Source: Laetmonice hystrix (taxonomy: Eukaryota). Taken from it: a DNA stretch of 64,000 nt. Location: positions 36,830,001 to 36,894,000 of the forward strand of contig OZ249436.1 in NCBI GenBank assembly GCA_965235115.1. The letters run 5' to 3'. The position numbers were made by a program, and so were the translations under genes. Shown piece after piece: positions 1-14,046 of this stretch (position 1 is the stretch's first letter; the number at the start of each line of letters is the position of its first letter). The notes under the pieces are model-generated. The model saw only the letters and a program-made list of their open reading frames with translations. It did not search any database and had not been told where the DNA came from.

Positions 1-83
1 CGGCTGGTCGCATGCGATTTACGCAAGCGTGCCGTCCATTGCAACGCAATACATTTATTTTCGATCCGTAAATCGCACCCGTT

Positions 84-221
84 TGACGTAGGCCTACGTC
101 TATCGCACCATTTTTACGGACACGTGCTCCCAGCTTTACTATGTACCAGCTCCCGCACATGAATGCCAGCCCCATCCGGGTGACGTACGTCGATGCACCA
201 TTTTGGACGGACATGTGCTCC
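84..221 (+). repeat. Short diverged direct repeat (2 copies, about 45 bp)
   Basis: tgacgtaggcctacgtctatcgcaccatttttacggacacgtgctcc (84-) vs tgacgtacgtcgatgcaccattttggacggacatgtgctcc (181-). Confidence 0.8.
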
Positions 222-3200
222 TTGGTCCCTGCGTTATTTCTTTGAAAGTGTGTTGATGTGGTTTGTAGTACTGAAATTCAGGTTCGGTTCCAATCGAGCT
301 TTTAGCCGTTTCCATGCCATCTCTTCTTGACCCACCCTCTTCATTCTCCGCCATCTTAGTATACTTAGTATCTTCACTCCCTGTTTCGGCTATGTCATTA
401 TTAAGGGCGGATGGTGGGACGTCACAATTACAAAAAAGCTATATTGCCCATTTCATAACATTGATCAAGTATTGAATTAAAACAAAATCCGTGGAGTAAT
501 TTGCCCCGCACTGGATGTTTTAAGTTTCACTGTTACATGTAAAGTAGCGAACTGCCCTGTCCCGTCAGGTATCGCATGATTATTTTATAAAATTGGTCCC
601 TGTCTGTAATATCCTGTGCAGCTGTTTTGCTTCACTTCTTCCGAAGAGAAAGCTGTCCTGTCACACACCGCAGGCTATCAAAATTTAATGACTCCTTGCC
701 CGGCATGTTTTGGGATGAGTGGAGGGGGGGGGGAGTTTGATTCCACTCGAAAAAATATATCCAGTGTTCAAGGGGGCTCGGAAAGAAAATCGAATATCTA
801 GTCCGAAATCTAATGTATGCACTGTCAAAGATCTAGCTGGATGAACTCTGTAGGTTCGTCGTTCTCCCCAAAGCCTAAACCGGCGTATCTTCGTTCAACA
901 TGCGTGAATTTCTGCCATTTATCTCACGTCTAGACTTTTCCCTGATTTCATTTGGTATCTGTGGAAATTAAAGTTGCCGAGACGAAAATCTGCTCTATTT
1001 TGAGTGAATACTGAAATCTGATTGGTTCCTCTACTACCATTTGTTCTCAACGTTGCATTCAATTGAATAAGAAATATTCTAGTGCTCGAAGGAGTACCTC
1101 AACTATTGCCAAAGCATTCACGAATGCCACTCCTCTTTGTCAATTGCTCTAATGGCAGCCCGGTAATTCTAGGAAGTATTATCTGGGGCCTCGTGCAGCT
1201 TCCCTTACTGTCTTATGATAAACGGATAATAAGGTATTCACTGGAAGTAACTTTATACAAGTGAGTCTGTTAGCTCTTATTACGGACGTAATATTACTGC
1301 AGTGCCTTATTAAAAGGAGTAATTCTATAATTCCACATACTAATATTTCACAAAGATTTGCGAACAGAAAAGTTCCCCAGAAGCAGACTCCTTTTGTTCG
1401 TCTACATAACATTAGTGGACGTAAAGGATAGTTTACACCGGTTGGTGTCAATAATAAATCGAGCAAAGAAAAATGGTATGCCGTGCTGCAATGCTGGCCA
1501 AGATCTATAAGGAAGAGCTTTGAGATTCCCGTTCTTTCTATCTACCATAGACTTGGCGTTAATATGACCAGGAACATGCCATGTTTAAGAGAGAACTTTA
1601 AAGGTGTCGTTCATTCCGCACTGTAGAACCTATTCATCTCTTTTCAAAATAAAAATAAAAATATTTGAAAATTTGTTAAACTATTCATGGATTTATCCAA
1701 ATAACATAAATTGGGCCTTTGTCGATATTTTGCGATGGATGATGTAGATTAGGGGAGCGTCCCTGCCATTAACTCGGGAGATCTACGTCTTATGATCAGT
1801 TAATTTTATAGACAATAAGATTTCAACCTTTGTAACTCGGAGCATCATTTGGCCTCGAATTAGCAACTGCGGCAACCGGAGTTTTATACATTTTTCATAT
1901 TCTTAGAACTTGCAATCACGAATCGAATAGAAGTGCCCCCTTTTAATATTTTGTTTTAGCTTGTAACCTTTTCATGTGACAATACAAGCAAAGACAAGTC
2001 CGAGATGGCCCTCTAGTGCCCACCCGATCCGGCCTAGGATACATACATACGGACAGGACCTCAGCACAGCGGAGTCTCAAATATAATGTCAACAATAATG
2101 TCCCCTCCGGCGAATATAGGCAATTTCATATAATAGGATGTGCTAGGAAGTATTGATGTGAATGTTCAGACTACTCCATACTGTTGTAGGCATTATTTTT
2201 CTCATGCATCGTGTTTCCTGTGGCGTCTGGGTACACGTACCAGTAAATTTTTCTCTGGGCTATACAACCTATATGTCACGAATTCTATCAAATTGCAGCG
2301 TGAAAATGTCAAGAACTACATAATAAAAACCTTGTTGTTGGCCTCTTCACGGCGTGAGAATAAACGTCCATCTATTTTCGTATATGTTTAGATACATAAG
2401 GAAACATAATGCTTGAATACGTTTACGATTGTGGAGCAGATGTATTTTGAAAGGTCAGGCGTCAGAGTCGAACAAAGGAGACCGCTCAGTGTACATATGG
2501 CATACGTTGTTCATCACGTGCCTGCTCTGAACGTCTAGAACATGTACGGTATAGGGCTACTTCCAGAGTTTATTGAAACTTCGTATACAGTAAACATAGA
2601 GGGGTTTCTGCTTGAAAGGTTCAAACCAAACATTAAATCCCCTCCCTTGGCAGCTCCACCCCCACCCTTTGACGCCAACCCGGATCTGTCCCCTGGGTTA
2701 TGACAACAATTTATCTATAAGTGCATCGTCAACGTTATGAACGATCAGTTAACAAAATGACCATTTTTCATTAGGTTCTAATAGGTGACTAAACTGAGAT
2801 TAGATCACTTTGAAAACTGTACGTATACACGGCTGTTATGGTGCATTACCAGAATCAGACTACTTAACAACTGTTATAGTGTGAAAGCATGATAAAAACT
2901 CCGAGAGTTATACAAACTTTCGCTTCGAACATGGCTCAAACACCGCTATATTATCTTTGTCCCCCTTCATCAGAGTTTCTGAATTCCTGTTAGAATTGGA
3001 TATTCAAACATCAGTCAAACAAAACCATATTGTTTGTCTTGATCTCACGTTTTTGGAGTAATTAATTCGGTATTCTCCTCTCGATAAAACCACAATGCTT
3101 CGCTGGTTTATAAATGACAATGCAGTCTATAACGCCAAGTTTTAATCAGCATTATTTTAAAGACATAAATGTTCTCGCTGTTATGTGATTACTAACATTA

Positions 3201-4361
3201 TAGTTTTAATCTAATCAGACATTGCGGCGATGACTTATATCCATTCAGAGAATCCCGGCAGGAAAAAATGACCGCAATGTCGTATACTCTTTTTACATGA
3301 CGGTGTTTTAAATAAAAATGATAAAATAAGAGTTTTTCCTTACGGAAAAAGCTGGTTTCCTGGAAGATAATGCAATACGTTATGTGTCGATGCGTTAAAT
3401 GACTCATAATATGTTCGAGATCAGATAGACGCTGGACTTAAGGAACATTAGATCACCACCGGTGGAACTTTTAGCATCTTATTTCGGTGTTTGGACGAAA
3501 CGTTGTTACAGGAGGAAATGACCTTTCCCGGAACACATTCTTTTCTTTCTAGATGGTCCCCAATGGCCTTTTCAACTAGAAGATCTATGCAAGAACTCTA
3601 GTTACCAGCTCTTAGAAATGCCTGTTTGCCCAAGTCATTACTGTCGAGTCAATGGCTTCATAGTTGGAGGTCTCTGGGCTATTCTGGGTTGCCGTCGCTA
3701 TATGAATATTTGACTGAAGGTCGGAGCCCTCTCATCATAAGCAATTTTCTGCAATCTGGAAGGCGAACCTTTTTACGCCATGAATACTTGAGTTCCTTTG
3801 ATATGATCCGTGAACGATGCCGAGCACGCCCTTCGATGGGCCGACTGTAGGGCACTGCATCCAGCGAATCCTTTTTCTGACGCCGCAGTCTTGAAAGCAT
3901 CTCCTTCTCTCGCTCTCAGGGCCCATCTTTAGCGGAGAGACGTTCCGTTCAGTCGCCAGAGGGTTCCTGTTAACAGACCCTCCTCATATTCAATTTTAGT
4001 GTACTCCAATCCGGCCATCTAGTTTATCAAAATGTGGGTGGCGAAAATGACAGGATGTGTCCGTTTTTCAGACAGCAGTCACCTGCGCTCTCGGGAGTTG
4101 CTATGGAAAGGAGCATTGGTGCTAATGCAGCCTTTTCGTCAGATGGAAACGTTTATTGAAGATTACGTGCCTAGCATGCACTTATTAATGTTAATGTAAC
4201 CCTTTCAAGGGCATTACCTTCGGAGCTCCATGTCGCTGTCCCCACCATATGATATTCCCAGCCGTTTATCCCCATGAAAGGTCATGTTTTAGGGGATGGG
4301 ACCTTGCAAATAAAAAAACAGGAAGTGATGGCACAGTCACTTCTATTTCACCCCCCAGCGA

Positions 4362-4640
4362 CCGTCTCATGGCTGGTTGTTGACCTGGCATTGACTGGAA
4401 GAGCCAATGGAATTCATCGGGCGATGAATCGATGAATTTAATTGGCTGTTCAAGTCAATGCCTGGTCAACCAGCCATGAGACGCTCGCTTCATGGCGACA
4501 ACAGGCAGCTGGAATTATAAATTTCATTAGATCTCTCCATTTCTGTGGGTATACATATATTGATTTATATAGCCTAAGGCCTTATCTAACCTAACAGTCC
4601 ATGTCTACATTTTGGAGTCATTGAAATGAGAGATAGTCGG
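4362..4640. mobile_element. Collapsed foldback/MITE copy; its right arm recurs inverted at 8105-8305
   Basis: cgtctcatggctggttgttgacctggcattgact...agtcaatgcctggtcaaccagccatgagacg forms a hairpin; 4440-4640 is the reverse complement of about 8105-8305. Confidence 0.75.
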
Positions 4641-5884
4641 TGTTTGTTTTAAAGACTTACCAAATTCAGATAGATACAAATATGCTCGTCATGTAAATAG
4701 AAATTAAAAGAAAATACTCCAGCAGATTTCATAATTATTATTATACAATGATTGTTTTACACGATCAATCTCATGGCATTTAATATGTTAGATAATGAAG
4801 CGTTCGTAAATCAGTAGCTACCACCAGCTACGAGCATGTGACACGCGTCATTTAGCGTTCCTTCAATCATAATGCTGGCTCCCTCATTGGATTACCTTCA
4901 GCTGTTTCGTGTCGACATTAATGATAATGATTCTTCATGAGCACCAAAACATATTCTACCACCTCTTTACTACCACAGTACATGGCACACAGATTTGGTC
5001 GTCGCCCGCCTGCAGCGGCTGGTATGAATGGCTACAGTACCGTTAAAACATTACAACGATGTGAAAAGCCAATTTTAAGAGGTAAAGTGGATGATCGATC
5101 AGTTACTTGATCCGTATGACAAGGCTATTGTGTTAAGTTCTCCTGAAAATCAATACATATCGTACATAGCACATGGAGCACTTTATTATACAAAGATACG
5201 GGGTTTAACGGCGAGGGACGTGCACGAACTCTCTGGTGGGTGAATACATGTAGATACAATGACAACAAAGGCACTTTCTTATGTGTGATCTAATGTCTTC
5301 GAATTAAACTTGAGCCCGTTACCAAGTCCCCCCCCCCGCTTAACAACCTACGGCATGCCACAATATCCTTACAGTGGCAGGTTTCGTTCAGACTTCTTCC
5401 GAATGTCATCACCCCAGGGACTGTGATTAAATCCTTTCTTCGTCTGAAGACTTGGAAACGTTACTAAAATCCCTTTGTACTAACGGAAACATTCCCATAG
5501 AGTCGCTTCAGTCTGTTTCAGACAGAATCCACCATCATAAAGTCAAAACATGCTGATTGGGAGAAGAAAAAGCGTAAAAGACCGTCCTGAAATATTTACT
5601 GCGACTGAGAGGCAGCCATCACATTCGCCAAGGTAGAACAATTTTTAAAAAAAGGACATATTAGTGAAAGAAAGATGATGGGAGCGAGTGAATTGAATGA
5701 ATGGCAGGGGGGGGGGGGAATTTACACCCTCTCGGCATGATTCAAGGCGATATCAAACAGTTCCATTCAGTCAAGGGAAATATTATATCCCCGAGTCACA
5801 CCGGGTTGATGATGAGGATGACGTGAGAAAGACACCAGCCACCGGGAAGCAGTCCTCTTAAAATGGCAATGGTTCTTTTAGTGT

Positions 5885-6355
5885 ACAGACACTCACCCCG
5901 GGGACAATCGCCCCGGAGACAACCGCCTCCCGGACAACACCCCGGGGACTGTAGGACTATATTGTCCCGTAGGAAAATCCCTGGAGGAATATTGCCCAGT
6001 AGGACACTCCTCCCCGTAGGACAGTTACCCCGCAGAATTAGTTGATATTTTTTAAACGGTGAGGATATATTATGCAGGGATTTCAGCTGGTTATTACCGA
6101 CTTACACCGAGGGTTTATACGGTCGGGGTACTCGAGTGGCCGTTACGGGAAGAGACTCGCATATAAAGAAGGGGAGGGAGATGATTGAGCCGTTCAGACG
6201 GCCGGTCTGGTAATATCTATTGAATAATAAACTGTATAGCAGAACGGGGCGATTTCCCTAAGGGGTAATTGCCCTGTGGGATAATAATTCTATGCAGCAA
6301 TAGGCCTAGTCTATGGTACGTGGCGATTGTCCACGGGGTAACTGCCCCAGAATCG
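5885..6355. mobile_element. Non-autonomous TIR element with ~16-bp subterminal GGACAA..CCCC repeats
   Basis: ggacaatcgccccgg-type units at 5890-6035 and inverted ggggcgatt/ggggtaattgccc units at 6245-6350. Confidence 0.6.
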
Positions 6356-8104
6356 ATTGAACGGGTGAACATACCAAAGCCGTTAACCAGCCAGTTGCGG
6401 GGCACTGTACTGAGAGGGCCAGACAGAAAAATGGTACGCGAATGACAAAAAAAACTCCCAAAACGCATCAAGGCCACGTACTTGATTCTTTAATGGAAGC
6501 TTTGCTACCCCCACGCCCTCGCCCCATCTGTCGCCTCTGGCGAACCGCCGGAGAGTGGGAATGTGCGTGAAGATCATTTTTACCCCTTTCAGCATAAGAT
6601 ATTAGCGTCACACGAATCTCAAAATCAAGTCTCCCCAACCTAATTTATTTTATCTGATAGCCACAGGGTTTGAAATAAGGTCATCCATGTCGCCCTTGCG
6701 GTCTGTCGGAGATAAATACGTATAACATATAATCAATATCACTGTAATACCTGCTATGTTTAAAACTCCCCCCATCTTTTAGCCAGTTACACTGATAGTT
6801 AACTTTAGGCTATCAATATCCGAACTACACTCAGGCATAAAACTAACATCCTCTCTTAATCCAATGGTGGGATTATCCACGCCGTTGGCGGTGATATCCA
6901 TTTTCCAAGACCCAGCTAAATTAGGCTATATAATTAGTTTCGTGAGGTTTTTCAAATATTAGAGGAAGGAAGGTGCGTTAATATCTTTCGAATTTACGTT
7001 TCATTTTCGAATTGAACCGGGACGTATTGAGCAGCCGTCAACATCTTCTTTGCTTTGATAAATTTTTGATACCTAATAAGGATTGTCATTTCTTGCACTG
7101 CTGCATCAAAACACTGCAATGCAGAGAATGTAGAATGACCCCGAGTTCCTCGAAAGACCCAAGGACTCTGGGAAGAGCACAGTGTTATTGAAAACAGAAA
7201 TTTGCCGTTGGAGTGTCTCTTGTAATTTACCCGAATCCCGGCCCACACAGAACGTCATAAAACTAACGTTGCGTTCCTACGTTGTACGTTGTCATTGGTC
7301 AGTTCTCTCAAAAAGATACTCGCTGTATAATTACCTTCCCTATCCCTGAACAATATCTTTATTTCAACTCAGCTTTCCCCTCTCCTCAAATCATGGAAGT
7401 TCACAAAATTAATGAATTGTTGCCCCAGGTTGAAACAGCCAATTAGCTTTGTAGATGAGATTCAGGAGAAGTGTAACACCGATTCTGCAGTCTTCGAGAC
7501 TTTTCGTGGCCCGTCGTATAAAAAGATGACTGCGGGCGAAAGTAACATAAGACGGAGAGGCTCTTGGCTAATGGGACTGGTTGTGTGTCGACAACCCGAG
7601 CATCAACAGGTCCTTGTAGCCGAGACGCTATGCCTGAGCTGAACTTCAAACAACACCTTTCACTAAAAGGATCCCATCATCAGGAGAGTGAAGAAGGACA
7701 TAGGTATTAGCTAGTATCAACCTCTGACTCTCAGGATGCGGACCTTTCTTATAAACTACGTCCTCGAGGTAAATAATCAAAGAAAACAGCGATCGGCCAT
7801 GACAGAAACATACAAATCCATGGGATACAATCATGAAAGGAATGGGGCCTCCATAATCTACGGATGAGGCGACATTATAGTTGTCATGGCAGGCACCTCG
7901 GGTCGTACTCAGCCATCAAAGGGAATCGGAAGCGACTCCCCTTCTCATTAGCATTTACCTGCAAGTGAAAGACATTATATACGTACAATACCTGTACCAA
8001 CATTAGGCTGTCACACTCTGAAGGCATATTGCTATAGGCACAGATTCGCTTGGCTAACTCGAATTGGTCAGAATGCGACATTACGTAAATATTTAAAGCA
8101 ACCT

Positions 8105-8305
8105 GCTAGTATATCTCATTTCAATGGCTCCAAAATGCAGACTTGGTTAGATAAGGCCTTAGACTACACAAATCCATAAAACATGTATACCCACAGAAAT
8201 GGAGAAATCTAATGAAATTCAAAATTCCAGTTTCCTGTTGTCGCCATGAAGCGAACGGCTCATAGCTGGCTGTTGACCTGGCATTGACTTGAACAGCCAG
8301 TGAAT
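8105..8305. mobile_element. Second copy (arm) of the 4362-4640 family
   Basis: Reverse-complement match to 4440-4640 (tatacccacagaaatggaga, tgttgtcgccatgaagcga). Confidence 0.75.
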
Positions 8306-9620
8306 CGGTTTCGGGCCCGATGATCCACGACGGATCAGTTGCCGACCGAGGGTGACATGAGCGTGGTTGTCATGGTCGGCAACCGTCGCCGACCGAGAAG
8401 ATCAGCCGTCGTAGAAGTAGAAATTGTTCAACTTCTGCGCCGCGACGGAACACGATGCAACCAGTAGAGCGATTTTTGTTTGCGTGACCGTCCGCTATAG
8501 CCTACACTACAACGAGTTGCCAGGTATCAGGCGACTGGCGATCAATTTGGGCCAACAAATCGTCCCAAACGCTAAACACTATGGGCAACCAATAGGTCAT
8601 GGCGATCATTCTGTTGCCTCCCAATCGGAACGACCGAGCCATTTCCGGTTTACTTTCCTTTCGGGAACTGGACTCGGACAGTGAAAACGCCATCTTGCTT
8701 TGCTGACGTCACCAAACTATTTTCAAAATGTAAACACAGACATGTGTTGGGGGGGGGGGGGGGGATAGGGGGCCTACACCGCGTATAAGCCCCGGCCGAC
8801 GCGATTCGCTATGCCAGTACGTCTATGGCTATGACAATTGTCATCGTCGTGTGCGTCGATGGTCGTGTGGCTGTGGGCGCCGCCATTATGGTAAAAATCG
8901 GCCTACAAAAATTGTATTGTGACATCAAATTATGTGAACATGTTACTTGTTTGCTCATTATCAACACGTATAGTCGGTGAAATCTTGTTTACAATGCACA
9001 TAACACCTAAAACAGTCGGTCATTCGACTGCACTACATTTTCAATCGGCCAGATCAGAGAGCACACGGCCTATCCGGCGGATTCCCGTTAAATCACCGTC
9101 AAATCCGTACACTTTCACTGTCCGAGGCCTGCCTCGCCCCGGATATGACCTAGAAACAGCCAATCAGAAGCAGCGTCGGTCGTTCCGAGTGGTTGCCTCC
9201 AAGCAGTCCTCCAAAATGGTGGATGCCGATGGAGTACTAGCGTGTGGGTCTATGTAGAAAAACGGGAGGTGGTCACTTATGTTATAATCCAAGGTTCCTG
9301 TTCTTTGTACAAAGTTTGAGCTGGAGAGACATAATTTTAATAAGAGCTGTTTGTGTTAGATATCCTTGTAGTCGATGATGTACTGTTTTAAGGAGGATTC
9401 GCTTCCATTAGTTTTAATTTGGAGTAGCTAAAACTACTCTTCTCGTTTTCCACCAAAAAACCGCGGAATTAAGAAACGCCAAATTAAAGTCTTGAAATAA
9501 AGTCCTGCTTTGGCTGATGGAATGCGTTGTAGCCAAGGAGACTGTTGCCTTCTGTTGAAAGGATGAGTAGTTTTGACATCCGCCAAAAATGAAAAACACG
9601 AAATTTTAATCACGTCGTAT

Positions 9621-9880
9621 GACATTTTTGTGGATTTCTCCAAGGCGTTCGACAAGGTTTCAAGAGCTGCTCTCACTCGTGTACTAAACGCTATGGGATA
9701 CAGTGCCGTTATGCTCTTCGCCATTACCGGCATGCACCTTGACACCAGGATGATATTGGGAGGCGCTATAATCACCACTATCGTAGGAGTTCGTCAAGGC
9801 TCTCCCACATCATGCTTTTTATTTACTGTCTACGTGAAAGAGCTCGTGTGTGATGATGGTTATCTACAATGGTTGCATAG
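9621..9880 (+). mobile_element. Non-LTR retrotransposon reverse transcriptase fragment (truncated)
   Basis: Translation IFVDFSKAFDKVSR...GVRQGSPTSCFLFTVYV matches the LINE RT motifs DxxKAFD and GVRQG; sequence stops before the catalytic xxDD motif. Confidence 0.92.
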
Positions 9881-11226
9881 CTTTTCTGACCCGCTCGTGT
9901 AGCAGGGGTACTCAATCGCCATCATACAGGCATTGTTGTGGGATCTGCTGGGGATTCCATTTCGATGTACATGTATTTGAGTGCCAGCCACCTCAAGCGG
10001 GAGGACGGGAAGCCACTCACGCACCGTCGTGCGTGTGTCGTCTTTGAGTCTCAAGTTGGGCATATTATTACCACATAGTTGTAACATTGACACAACTAAA
10101 TTGATTTGTCAATGTTGTATCATTACACATAAAGTTGATCTGTTATGGTTTAAATTGTATTTTGCCACGTTTGTGTAAGGCTTATATTTTGGACAAATCA
10201 CTTGCGGAGGCATTCGAAACACCTGGACTTCCGGTTCCGCTTCGCTACTGTTGTAGTCTCGGACCTCGCCAGATGAAGAGATATTTGGTAGATTCCACGG
10301 GTGCGGGCACATCACAAATCGCATAGTGCGCAAAGTAGTTCACAGGGGATGGTATCCGGCCTAGCGCGGGATTGTTCATCGGGAGAGATGGATAATTTCC
10401 GAAGATTTGCAGTCTCGATTGTTCTTAGCAGCTGCAACACATTCAGTTTTGCAGTATTTATGAAATCATACGACTTTACCGTGACGTCATATGCCCGAGG
10501 GAATCCCGAGTGACACAGCGCCTCCGTGGGGCGGACGTCAATAGCTGTCAGTGATAGCCATCTAGGCTTACACTTTTTCACTAAAATTCTGTGGTTTCCA
10601 AAAAGTGTTCAATCAATCAAGGTAAGCCAGCGAGCTCCAATAGCTGGGCGTCGATCTACCGTCTGACCATAAACAATGCCAATGGGAATGTCAACATCTA
10701 AAAAAGTATCCATAGTTGACTGAATATATTTTCTTTGACCTCTAATCTGCCTTTTAAACAAGCCAGACAATGCTTGTCTTTCACCTTGCCATGTGCCGGC
10801 CGTTGCCATTTTGACCACTGTGTGTCACGTGATAAAAGAAGATCCAACATGGCGACGACCGTGCGATGGCCGGGAGGAATGTTCCGAACAGTCTCGAGGT
10901 TGGCCGAATGTTGCCGATCTGCACTAGCGTATTAATTTTCGCCCGCTGCTGGAGTGAGTCGGACTGTGGCAAGGAGTTTGTTTTGAGGACAACCGAACTT
11001 CCGGCAAAGGAGTGAAGGCGTGTAACATGAATACATGAGAACAGCCGTGTGGGTCCCAAGATCGTACAATAAAATACATTCTGAAAAAAAAATCATATTG
11101 TAGGGAATACTGGGCGCTCTACACGACTACTGTATGTTACCATGTGATATTATAGTGAAGTGAGGGACAAATAGTGTATAGACAACTATAGAGTCAGACC
11201 AATGCTCCTTTAAACAGTGTAAGTTG

Positions 11227-11425
11227 TGTCTGCAGTGTGGTCTCAAACGAAACACGGCCACTGGACATAAAAATAAAGTAGGCCTGAACGTAATAATTTG
11301 ATTGACTCAGCCGCAGAGCCTCCATGGTAGGTGGCAAACGTCAGTTGTATACATATAAAATGTCTACAGTGCGGTCTCAATCGAAACGCGGCCACTGGAC
11401 ATAAAAATTAAGTGAACGTAATTTA
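11227..11425 (+). repeat. Direct repeat, 2 copies of about 65 bp, 134 bp apart
   Basis: tgtctgcagtgtggtctcaaacgaaacacggccactggacataaaaat (11227) vs tgtctacagtgcggtctcaatcgaaacgcggccactggacataaaaat (11361). Confidence 0.9.
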
Positions 11426-13383
11426 TATTGAATATGTTAGTCATATCAATGCAAAGGATTAAGGGTCGCATGTATGTTGCCTATACAATTGGCCTAAGTA
11501 AGCCCGAAATAAACACAAAAAAGTCCCGAAGCCTTCCCAACACAACTCCCCTAATCGATTAAGTGCATTCACTCCACGGCCGCCATTAGAATTTCACAGA
11601 CTTCCGACGCCATGAAACCCGCGGAAGGCTCAGCTCATTTAGGTATACGCTAATCGACTCCTAAGTAGTGCAACCCGGAATTGAATCCCTTTGGCCAGCC
11701 TTAATGATGTGCCCTCACACCCGCAAGCAATCTGAGGCGCCGGGCCCAGGAACGATGCGCAGAAATTCATTTTCCCCCCGACACCATAGCACATTCCGTC
11801 ATCTATCCCCTTCAAGTCTGCTGTCGCTCGATCCTTACATGTTACAACCTTGGCGGGTGGTACTTGATTTATTTATCGAGGACGCCCTCTCCTGAGCCAC
11901 GTACATACATACAGCGATTGTTAAAACTTCCGCGCGCCTAGAGGACACATAGAAACGTACTTAATTATTAACCTTCTGGTCGAAGCGTAGTCTAGGAGGA
12001 AAGAAGGACATTATTTCTAAACAGAATGTGTTCCTTTATCATTTATCATGCATGTGCAAAGGTCATGCATACCCTGCTGTGTGGAGTCGCCAAAGTCTGT
12101 TAAAGTCATGCCAACCCATCGATCCGAAGTAACGCATTCTTTGATACGCTTGTCTTAGATTTGGTTTTCAGGGATTTATGAATCGTGCCATATATTATAG
12201 TCCAGTCTAGACCAAAGTAGGTTGACCAGTCAGACGGCACAACAAATATCGCTCATTTTCGAACGCATGAGATAATGATGATGTAAATCCATATTTTGAG
12301 TTTTTTTCTGTAATTCTTTGGGAGGTCTTCCAGTTATCTCACAGAAACCATTTTTTCTTCATCCACTAGGTAAGAGGAGACTCCAGGAATAATCATGTAT
12401 AATCATCCCTTATTCTCGAAATTGTAGAAGATTTTTTTTGGAGGTAAAAGTCCACATTTTGTAAAAATCTGGTAATGCTAAGATTTGAGAGAAAAAGTGC
12501 AGAAAAATATAATATTTGCCTGCAGTGGAAGGATTAAAATACTTCCATACTCTAGTAGTCAGAGGTAGATCAGGTACACAATTAATTTTAGTCAATAATT
12601 CCTGAGTTCCTGATTTTCAAAGTTAAGTGGTTGACCCCTAAGTGAGTAACGCCACGCCGGCATCTACGGCCCTTACGGCAAAAAACCAAGTTAGACAGTG
12701 CAGGGTAAAATATACCGTTAAATCATTACGATCGTTATTAACGATTCTCTTATGCAACGAACTCCGGACATACCTCACTAGTTGACACCAATTACATTGT
12801 CCGTATTTATAACATCAAAAGTCCTGCCAAATTCTGCAACGGTGCATGCGCTCGTGTGGGGGGGACGTATGTCGACGGTCGCTTTATGTCACCACCTTGT
12901 CAGGTCACGTCACCACGTCGAACAACCACAAAGTGTGAATCCGAAAGGGGTTACATTAAGGCCGCTTCTGATTGCTAGCTCATGTGTCATACCAAATTTT
13001 CAGGCTATTGTGTGCCTTGTTCCGAGATACATCAGAAAATAGAGAAGGCACTAAGTGTGGGATGAATTGTCCCGGAAGAAATATAATGATTATATAATAT
13101 CAATCAGAAAGAACATTTCAAGTCTTGTAAATTATATCTGTCCATTGAGTTTGGAAATGATTTTCCTAATTGAATGCGCTGCACATTGTTATGTGAAGGT
13201 TATTTACAATAACACCTTCAAATCGGCCGGATGGAGCTGGTGTTTTCCAGGAAAACTGTCAGGACCCAGCGGGACTGAATGTAAATATTTTATTCCACTG
13301 GCCTTGCTCCAGTTTGAGAAAAAGGATCGTCTTTTGTTTGGCCTATGCAGTGGCTCAATTACAAAGAGTTAATGTTCGCTTAA

Positions 13384-14046
13384 AGAGGCATTTCGGGAGA
13401 AAGTAGCAAAAACAATTTCTTTCAGTGCTGCTTTGGTGATGTCTTATTATCGTCACTTTCCGTCAGAAATCAGCATCAGAATCGGCGGTTCACGCCATGT
13501 GCTTTCTTGTCATCACGTGACACGCATATTGTTCTAACCGTGGCGACGCAGGGATTGGGAGGAAGCGCACGTGTCTATTAAATATACTGGTGTACACCAT
13601 AAAGTGACGTTGCACAATCATGGGACGGCCAAATGACCTGCTCAGCCCATACGCATGTTCTCTCCTTTTTCAAGAAGAGAGTTTCGCTCAACGCGCCTAG
13701 TGTTGGGCGCAATGTGTGGAGAATTCCTTCTTCAAATAATTGAGACTAACCCCAAAGCTGACCTTTACGCTCTGTGTTTGGCTAATAATCTCGGGCAAAC
13801 TCTCTTCTTGAAGAAGAAGAGACCAACATAGGCTAATTCTCTCTTCCTCTATAAGAAGGGGAGAACGGCATATCAGAGTATGGCGCCAAGTTAGAATGAA
13901 ACGGTGTGCACCAAATCAATCTTCTTTTACTACATACGCAGTGAACAGACGTCTGTCAGCCCAATGTAATCGGTGCTTTTATATTTAGGGTCGCTTTAAA
14001 CTGTCAGATAGGAGAAAAGCCTATCCGTGTTCCTCGAAGTGTGCCT
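13384..14046. mobile_element. Kolobok-like non-autonomous DNA transposon (TTAA-flanked)
   Basis: TTAA|AGAGGCATTTCG ... CGAAGTGTGCCT|TTAA with imperfect TIRs; diverged reverse-strand relative at about 36710-37110. Confidence 0.6.

Noticed and set aside
3626..3926. Overlapping ORFs as a possible exon
   Set aside because: No recognisable domain or consistent splice sites, and stops in all frames nearby.
7412..8081. Cluster of short ORFs with a minus-strand splice-acceptor-like site
   Set aside because: All frames close quickly and I recognise no homology.
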